Positions 55,806 through 64,000 of a DNA stretch of 64,000 nt are shown piece by piece; the first letter of the stretch is position 1, and every line of letters starts with the position of its first letter. The stretch is from Polyangiaceae bacterium (GTDB lineage: Bacteria > Myxococcota_A > Polyangia > Polyangiales > Polyangiaceae). The stretch is taken from assembly GCA_035063585.1 (NCBI GenBank), contig JAPSGB010000010.1, positions 1 through 64,000 of the forward strand. The letters are read 5' to 3'. The translations under genes were made by a program, and so were the position numbers. Below the pieces are notes generated by a model, which saw only the letters and a list, made by a program, of their open reading frames with translations, searched no databases and had not been told where the DNA came from.

Positions 55806-58382
55806 ATGACGAGCGATCCTGCACCAGGCGCGGGTCCGCCCCGCTCGAGCAAGCCCGCGAGCTCGTCGAGCGAGCGCGCGCGCCAGATCAAGGAGGGGAG
55901 CGACTCCTCGCTGACCCGAGGCGGGACGTACTTCCTCGGTCGCTACCGGATCGTGGACGAGATCGGCGTCGGCGGTATGGCGAGCGTGCACCTCGCCCGC
56001 GCCGACGGCCCCGGAGGCTTCCAGAAGTGGGTGGCGATCAAGCGGATCCACCGCCACCTCGCGGAAGACGAGACGTTCATCCAGATGTTCCTCGACGAGG
56101 CGCGGATCGCCGCGAGGATCTCGCACCCGAACGTCTCGCAGGTGTTCGACATGGGCAAGCACCAGGACACGTACTGGATTGCCATGGAGTATCTGCACGG
56201 CGAGCCGCTCCGCGAGCTCATGCGCTCGCTCGAGGAGGGGCACGGCGCGCCGCTCAAGCCCGAGCTCGCCGCGAAGATCATCGCCGACGCGGCCGAGGGG
56301 CTGCACGCCGCCCACGAGCTACGCGACAAAGACGGCAAGCTCTTGAACCTCGTCCACCGGGACGTGACCCCGCACAACCTCTTCTTGACCTACGACGGCG
56401 CGGTCAAGGTGGTGGACTTCGGGATCGCCAAGGTGACGGGTCGCCAGGCGAACACTCGCGCCGGGACGCTCAAGGGCAAGCTCGCGTACATGAGCCCCGA
56501 GCAGGTCCGCGGCGCTGCGGTGGACCGTCGCACCGACATCTTCGCGCTCGGGGTGGTGCTCTGGGAGCTCACCACGGGGCGTCGGCTCTTCCGTCAAGAA
56601 AGCGACCTCGAGACGCTCGAGCGCGTCCAAGCTTGCGTCGTGCCGCCGCCGTCGAGCGTGGTCGAGAAGTACCCGGGCGAGCTCGAGATGATCGTGATGC
56701 GGGCGCTGTCGAAGGATCTCAACCGCCGCTACTCGACGGCGCGGGAGATGTCGCGCGCGTTGCAGCAGTATCTGATGCGCTCCGGCTCGTTCGTGGGCTC
56801 CGACGAGATCGGCGCATACGTGAAGGAAACGCTCGCCGAGCGCTATCAGAAGCGCGAGGCGCACCTGCAGTGGGCGGCCGAGGTGACCCAGACGATCTCG
56901 CTCGAGCAGCTGCAAGAGGGCGCGGTCGAACTCGAGGAGGTCTCGCTCCTCACGTCCTCGTCGGACGTCCAGCGGGTGCCCGGGGCGCGTCCCGCCGCGG
57001 GGGCTCCCCCGGCGCTGGGCACGCTCTCGACCCGGGCCGCGCCGATGCGCGGGGCTCCGCCGGCGAGCGGCACGCCGTCGGCCCCCGCGTCGAACGCACG
57101 TCTCGTCGCGCAGGCACCCGTGGCGCCGCCTCGCCCAGCGACGGGGGGCCTCGGAGGGCCGCCTCGCCCCTCGGCAGCGCCGGCGCCTCCTTCATCGTCG
57201 TCGCTCCCTAGCTACGAGCTCAACACGTCGACTACCAGCACTGGGCTCCTCGAGCCCGTCGAGCCTCCGAGCCCGCGAGGAGGCGTCGTGGCAAACCTCT
57301 CGCCACCCGCGCCGGCGCAACCCCAGCAGTTCAGCCCCAAGCAGACCATGCTCGGCTTGGGGCCGGCATCGTCGCCAAAGGCGGAGCCGCTCCCGAGTTT
57401 CGGCGCGTCGGGAGGCTCACCGCTCGAGGCAAAGCCAGCCCCGACCATGCACGACTACTCCGAGGAAGATGAGGACGCGGTCACGCGCGTCATGGGCAGT
57501 CCGCTCGACGACCCGGCGGTCCCGCACCCCGTGAGCACGGTCCACTCGCCGGCGAAGAAGGTGCAGCCGGCGCCGCTGCCCCCGCAGGCGGTCGTGGTCT
57601 CCCCCGCGGTGATGACGCCCGAGCCGCCGCGAGCGGGCCCATACGCCCAGCATACGCCTTACGGCGCGCCCTACGGGATGGGCGGGCCGCAGCAGAGCGT
57701 CCCGCCGGGCTACTCCTCGATGCCGCCGATGTCGGGCGGGATGCCGGGCGCGATGGGCTACTCCGGTGAGCTGGGCCGGCGCGACGCCTCGAAGGTGTGG
57801 GTCACGTTGATCGCTGCGGTCACGACGCTCCTCGCGCTCGTCATCGTCGCCGTCGTCGTCATCAAGGTCACCGACCGAGGCCAGGCGCAAGCGCCCAGCC
57901 CGCAGGTCGCGCCGCCCCTCGCGACGGCGGTGGTGCCGGGGCCAGCCGCGGTGACGACAGCCGCTCCGACCCCGCTCGCCCCGACCGGGTCCGCCGTCGT
58001 CGAGCCCGCCGCGCCTGCGAAGCCCAAGGATGACGGGCCGGTGGATCTCACGAGCCTTCCGAAGGAGCAGCCTCGGCCGACCGCGGGCGGGGCTCCCGCG
58101 CCTCCGCGGATCACGGCGCCGGCTGGCGCGCCAGCGGCGCCGGCGCCCGCGAAGCCGCCGGCCGCGAGCGCGGGGCCGGGCTTCCTCACCGTGGTCTGCG
58201 ACCCTGCGTGTGATGCGGTGGTGGCGGGAGGGCGAAACTTGGGGCCGTCACCGGTGGTCCGCGCGGCCCTCCCACCCGGCAGCCACTCGGTCACGCTTCG
58301 CGGCGGAGGCAAGACGACCTCCATCGGTGTGACGATCGTATCTGGCCAGACGACGGCTCGTCGCGTGAAGATGGGCTCATGA
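55806..58382 (+). CDS. Membrane Ser/Thr protein kinase with C-terminal PEGA-like domain
   Basis: IGVGGMASV, VAIK, HRDVTPHN, DFG and GKLAYMSPE; Pro-rich linker, TM segment, then GFLTV...LG.SP.....LPPGSHSVTL. Confidence 0.93.
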   Translation: MTSDPAPGAGPPRSSKPASSSSERARQIKEGSDSSLTRGGTYFLGRYRIVDEIGVGGMASVHLARADGPGGFQKWVAIKRIHRHLAEDETFIQMFLDEARIAARISHPNVSQVFDMGKHQDTYWIAMEYLHGEPLRELMRSLEEGHGAPLKPELAAKIIADAAEGLHAAHELRDKDGKLLNLVHRDVTPHNLFLTYDGAVKVVDFGIAKVTGRQANTRAGTLKGKLAYMSPEQVRGAAVDRRTDIFALGVVLWELTTGRRLFRQESDLETLERVQACVVPPPSSVVEKYPGELEMIVMRALSKDLNRRYSTAREMSRALQQYLMRSGSFVGSDEIGAYVKETLAERYQKREAHLQWAAEVTQTISLEQLQEGAVELEEVSLLTSSSDVQRVPGARPAAGAPPALGTLSTRAAPMRGAPPASGTPSAPASNARLVAQAPVAPPRPATGGLGGPPRPSAAPAPPSSSSLPSYELNTSTTSTGLLEPVEPPSPRGGVVANLSPPAPAQPQQFSPKQTMLGLGPASSPKAEPLPSFGASGGSPLEAKPAPTMHDYSEEDEDAVTRVMGSPLDDPAVPHPVSTVHSPAKKVQPAPLPPQAVVVSPAVMTPEPPRAGPYAQHTPYGAPYGMGGPQQSVPPGYSSMPPMSGGMPGAMGYSGELGRRDASKVWVTLIAAVTTLLALVIVAVVVIKVTDRGQAQAPSPQVAPPLATAVVPGPAAVTTAAPTPLAPTGSAVVEPAAPAKPKDDGPVDLTSLPKEQPRPTAGGAPAPPRITAPAGAPAAPAPAKPPAASAGPGFLTVVCDPACDAVVAGGRNLGPSPVVRAALPPGSHSVTLRGGGKTTSIGVTIVSGQTTARRVKMGS

Positions 58383-58425
58383 AGCCGGCTCGGCGAGGGC
58401 GCCCAATCGCTCACAGGACATCGAC

Positions 58426-60180
58426 ATGAGACTGGTCAAGCGTCTTGGCGCGCTCGGCATCGCGTTGACGGCCGGGCTCCCGTTCGCGTCGTGCGCGTCG
58501 AACCCCGCGGTCGAGCTCGTGCTCGTCGACGGCTGCATCGGTTCCGCCCCTGCGGAGGGGACGGACTGCGCCCGGGCCCCGTGCGACGGTGGACAATCGT
58601 TCCGCCAGGCGGCCGCGTACGTAGAGGTCGCGGTCTTCAACGGCGGGTGTCCGCCCGATGACGACCTCATCGCCGGAGACACCTCGAAGGCGACCTACCG
58701 CGCGGTCGTCGAGGCGAGCGCGCCGCTCCCCGAGATCGGCGACCTCTCCAAGGACGTCTACGGGTTCGGGGTCCTGCTTCGCGACAGCGACTGCGGCGTC
58801 TTGGCCATGGGCTGTACCGGCGCGGATCTGACCAACGTCCGGCGCATCAATGTCTCGGTGCGCGCCTGGAGCACGAGCGCGCACCCGCACGGAAACGTCT
58901 GCGACCCCTACGCGCCGCTGCCGGGCTGCGCCGACCCGCTCGTGTGCGAGGCCGGGCGCTGCGTCGGCGAAGCTGGCTCCACGGACGGAGGAGGCGGGGG
59001 CGACTGCGATCTGTCCGTAGTAGCGTCGGGGTCGCTGCCCCCGACGCCGTCGTCCGACGCGCAGGTGAGCGGTCCGGCCATCGCCGCCACCGACGACGGC
59101 TTCGTGCTCGCCTATCGTCAGTTCGACCCCTCCACGGGCAAGCTGCAGGTCGTCGCGATCCCGCTCCCCGACGGCGGGCCGCTCGGCAAGTCCGCCACGA
59201 TGGGCCTGGCTAGCTGTTCGTCGATGCCGGCACCGACCGACGGGCTCGGCTTGGCCTTCTCAGGGGCTCAGGGGCAGCTCGTCTCGGCGCTGCAGAACTG
59301 CACGCCCGAGGACGGTGGAGCGGGCGCAGGAGCGGGCGCTGCGTTCCTGCGGATCGCGCCGACCGGCGCGATGCAGGCTCCCAACTCGCTGCGAAACCCC
59401 GCGTTCACCGAGCTTCGCCTCGCGCAGGGGCATAGCCTGAGCGTGCGCCCGGACAGCGGGTTCGATCTCGCGTTCCGCGCCGTCAACTCGGGGACCGCCA
59501 TCGTGCAGCTCGGCAAGCTCGAGAACAACGGCTTCTCGGGCAGCCCCGTCTCGGTCTTCTCCGACCCGGCCGACTACGGCATGGTGGCCACGACCGACAA
59601 GCTCCAAGCCGTCCTCGGGCGCATCTCTTCTCGTGGAACCGACGTGCTCCTCGTCACCGACACCAGCGGCGCCCCACCGATGGATGCGGGCAGCGACGCC
59701 GGTGACGCCGGCGCCGCCGGCCCCGTCGAGTTCTTGCTCCCGGACTCGCCGTGGGGTGCGCTGGCAGCGGCAGGCGGGCGCGTCGCGGCGGTCGTGCCCG
59801 GCAGCGGCGCCGGGCTCACCCTGCTGGTCGCCGACGCGAGCGGGGGAAAGATCGGCCAGAGCACCATCGCGGGCGGCGTCTTCACGAGCGGTGACGTCGC
59901 GTTCGCCCATGATCGCCTCATCGTCGCGACCGCCGCGTCGAGCAGGCTCACCTTCTACCGCATCGACGGCGCGACCACGCTGCCCGCGGTCTCGACCACG
60001 GGCGCGACCGAGGTCCAGTTCAAGGACACGCTCGGGAAGGCGAGCTTGAGCGATTTCGACGGGAACCGCGTCGCGGTCGCGGCCGCCCGGGGGCGCGTCG
60101 CGGTCGTGTGGCTGAGCACGCTGGCCCTCACGGAGGGCGTGCCGACCGGCGGTTGGGCGCTCCTATCGTGTAAGAAGTAG
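58426..60180 (+). CDS. Hypothetical exported lipoprotein (Cys-rich N-terminus, beta-rich C-terminus)
   Basis: AGGA SD, signal ending FASC, clustered Cys residues, DAG linkers. Confidence 0.7.
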   Translation: MRLVKRLGALGIALTAGLPFASCASNPAVELVLVDGCIGSAPAEGTDCARAPCDGGQSFRQAAAYVEVAVFNGGCPPDDDLIAGDTSKATYRAVVEASAPLPEIGDLSKDVYGFGVLLRDSDCGVLAMGCTGADLTNVRRINVSVRAWSTSAHPHGNVCDPYAPLPGCADPLVCEAGRCVGEAGSTDGGGGGDCDLSVVASGSLPPTPSSDAQVSGPAIAATDDGFVLAYRQFDPSTGKLQVVAIPLPDGGPLGKSATMGLASCSSMPAPTDGLGLAFSGAQGQLVSALQNCTPEDGGAGAGAGAAFLRIAPTGAMQAPNSLRNPAFTELRLAQGHSLSVRPDSGFDLAFRAVNSGTAIVQLGKLENNGFSGSPVSVFSDPADYGMVATTDKLQAVLGRISSRGTDVLLVTDTSGAPPMDAGSDAGDAGAAGPVEFLLPDSPWGALAAAGGRVAAVVPGSGAGLTLLVADASGGKIGQSTIAGGVFTSGDVAFAHDRLIVATAASSRLTFYRIDGATTLPAVSTTGATEVQFKDTLGKASLSDFDGNRVAVAAARGRVAVVWLSTLALTEGVPTGGWALLSCKK

Positions 60181-60191
60181 CGGCCGCGGCG

Positions 60192-60389
60192 ATGGCCTCC
60201 ACACGCGTCGACGAGCGGCTGCTCCGGGAAATCGACGCCTGCGAGCTCCGCCTCTGGTGCGAGAGCTGCGTGCACTACGAGCCGGAGAGCGAGGGCTGCT
60301 CCGCGGGCTACCCGACCGCTCCGCACCGCGCGCGGAGGCTCGCGCGCGGGGATGCGCTCGAGTTCTGCAAGCTCTTCGAGCTCGCGTGA
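60192..60389 (+). CDS. Small Cys-rich protein, putative metal-binding
   Basis: CESCVH...C...FCKLFE; fills the gap exactly and its TGA overlaps the tilS GTG. Confidence 0.7.
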   Translation: MASTRVDERLLREIDACELRLWCESCVHYEPESEGCSAGYPTAPHRARRLARGDALEFCKLFELA

Positions 60390-61306
60390 CCCGCTCGCAC
60401 CCGCCGTCGCTCATCACGCTCGCCGAGCGCACGCTCCGCGAGGAGTGCGGCGTGCGCCCGGGAGAGCGCGTGCTGGTCGCGGTCTCCGGCGGCGCAGACT
60501 CCACCGCGCTCCTGGCGGTCCTGTCGCGGCTCGCGCCTCGGCTCAGGCTCGAACTCGAGGCGCACGGAGTCGATCATGGGCTCCGCGCGGAGGCCGCCGC
60601 GGAGCTCGACTCGGCCGCCGAGCTCGCCCGGAGGCTCGGCGTTCGGTTCGAGCGGACGATCCTTCGCGTCGAGCCGGGCGGGAACCTCCAGGCGCGCGCG
60701 CGCCACGAGCGATACACGGCGCTCGAGCGCGCGCGCGAGCGGTGCCGTGCCGCGCTCATCGCGACCGCGCATCACGCAGACGATCGAGCCGAGACGGTGC
60801 TCCTCCGGCTGCTCCGCGGCGCCGGGCCGCGCGGGCTCGCCGTGCTCCCGGCCCGGGCCGGGAGCCGGATCCGCCCGCTGATTCGCGCGCGGCGCGCCGC
60901 GATCGAGGCGCACCTCGGCCGCCATGGGCTCGCGTTCGCGCGAGATCCGTCCAACCAGGACCGGCGATTTCTTCGAGTCCGGGTCCGGCTCGACGTCTTG
61001 CCGCTGCTCGAGGCCGCCTCTCCGCGGATCGTGGAGCACCTCTGCGCGCTCGCCGACGAGCTGGGCGGCCCGCCGGCGCCGGTGGTGCTCGGCGAGGACG
61101 GGCGGCCGCTCGCGCTCGGCCGCGCACAGCTCGGCGCGCTCCGTCGGGCCCAGGCCCTGGGCCTCCTCGAGGCTCGAATCCCCCTCAGCGACGGCCGGAT
61201 TCTCGCGCTCGACCGCCAGACGCGCACCCCGGTGCTGCTCGGCCCGCCCGCCTCGGTAGCGGGAAGTCGCCGGCGGGGGGATGCCAAACCTCGCTCTAGG
61301 AGTTAA
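60386..61306 (+). CDS. tilS: tRNA(Ile)-lysidine synthetase (short form)
   Basis: VAVSGGADS, VDHGLR, AR..RY, TAHHADDRAETVL, RPL and DPSN motifs; upstream of ftsH. Confidence 0.93.
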   Translation: MTRSHPPSLITLAERTLREECGVRPGERVLVAVSGGADSTALLAVLSRLAPRLRLELEAHGVDHGLRAEAAAELDSAAELARRLGVRFERTILRVEPGGNLQARARHERYTALERARERCRAALIATAHHADDRAETVLLRLLRGAGPRGLAVLPARAGSRIRPLIRARRAAIEAHLGRHGLAFARDPSNQDRRFLRVRVRLDVLPLLEAASPRIVEHLCALADELGGPPAPVVLGEDGRPLALGRAQLGALRRAQALGLLEARIPLSDGRILALDRQTRTPVLLGPPASVAGSRRRGDAKPRSRS

Positions 61307-61436
61307 CTCTCCTGGGTTACCCGGCGCCCGACCCATCGCTCGGGGCGCGCTCGTGAATCGACGCGCGGAAGTTCGGGTGGCATGCTCCATCACCCCGGCC
61401 AGACGACGTCGGCCCGACATTCGAGGAACCTGAACC

Positions 61437-63380
<1,944 letters not shown>

Positions 63381-63400
63381 GCCCACCCGAGGGAGGGGGT

Positions 63401-63419
63401 GTCGGTCCGGCGCGGAACC
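63401..63419 (+). repeat. Dispersed 19-bp element, exact copy
   Basis: GTCGGTCCGGCGCGGAACC; the match to the 31988 copy extends to 25 bp. Confidence 0.85.
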
Positions 63420-63440
63420 GCGCCGCCCCGATCGACACCC

Positions 63441-64000
63441 TCAGGCGCTCTCGCTGATGAGCGCGCGAGCACGCTCCACGAGGCGCTCGCGCGTGTTGAG
63501 TTCGGGCTCTTCGGTGACCGCCTCGAGCAGCGCGCGGAGCAACTCGCCGAGCACCGGGCCCGGCGCGAGGCCGAGCTCGCTCATGAGCACGCGACCATCG
63601 AGCGCGAGATCGCGCACGGTCAGCGCCGCGCCCGCGGCCATCAGCCCGAGCGCGCGCTCGTGGAGCTCGCGAGAGCGCGCGAGATCGTCGTCGGCGCCGG
63701 TGCCCTTGGCGATGACATCGGCGCGATTCAGCAGGAACAGGTCGTCGAGGAGCTCCGGGGTGACGCGGCGGACCCAGCGGCGCACCGCGGCGTCGCTCCA
63801 GGACTCGTCGTACACGATGAGGTGGTGACGGACCAGCGCGACGATGCGCGCGCGCTCGTCGTTCGAGAAGCGAAGGCGGGTGAGCAACGGCTCCGCCATC
63901 TCCGCGCCGATGCGCTCGTGCTCGTAGAAGGTATAGTCCCCGGTGCGCTCGCTCTGCCCGCGGCTGCGCGGCTTGCCGACGTCGTGGAGCAAGCCGCCCA
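63441..64000 (-). CDS. HD-domain protein, C-terminal part of a CCA-adding/poly(A) polymerase-type enzyme (partial; 5' end outside window)
   Basis: LLHDVGKP, FYEHE.IGAEMA...L.RLRFSN and LALDG..LM..LG..PGP.LG motifs. Confidence 0.8.
   Translation of the reverse strand, partial: GGLLHDVGKPRSRGQSERTGDYTFYEHERIGAEMAEPLLTRLRFSNDERARIVALVRHHLIVYDESWSDAAVRRWVRRVTPELLDDLFLLNRADVIAKGTGADDDLARSRELHERALGLMAAGAALTVRDLALDGRVLMSELGLAPGPVLGELLRALLEAVTEEPELNTRERLVERARALISESA

Noticed and set aside
61296..61315. Palindrome/hairpin TAGGAG-TTAACT-CTCCTG at the tilS stop
   Set aside because: Short, single occurrence overlapping the stop codon; cannot distinguish an operator or terminator from chance.

Overview
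Very GC-rich bacterial chromosomal window, most consistent with a myxobacterium (Polyangiaceae/Sorangiineae-like). The taxonomic call is inference from the eukaryotic-type Ser/Thr kinases, Cys-rich lipoproteins with D(A/G)G linkers, a CdnL-type CarD and a double-length UvrA. About 50 real CDSs tile the window; most other ORFs in the track are high-GC shadow frames. Content is mainly housekeeping (truC-like, uvrA, dcp, def, fabH, PduO-type adenosyltransferase, carD/cdnL, tyrS, HU/IHF, lipB, rlmD-like, mnmA, tilS, ftsH, partial CCA-type HD protein), mixed with signalling genes and exported or membrane proteins. I saw no rRNA, tRNA, CRISPR array, transposase or prophage. The most notable unexplained structures are: (1) a dispersed, mostly strand-oriented 19-bp intergenic element GTCGGTCCGGCGCGGAACC, usually just 3' of genes; (2) two sigma54 promoters for exported lipoproteins sharing a TGGCACA upstream motif at nearly the same distance; (3) many genes with a -10-like hexamer 5-8 nt before the start codon, suggesting leaderless mRNAs; (4) an RlmD-type methyltransferase fused to a pseudouridine-synthase-like domain lacking the catalytic Asp; (5) an orphan FliA-like sigma factor paired with a T3SS inner-rod-like gene; and (6) a coupled catalytic/non-catalytic acyl-CoA dehydrogenase pair. 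All family calls come from motif recognition by eye; no database searches were run.
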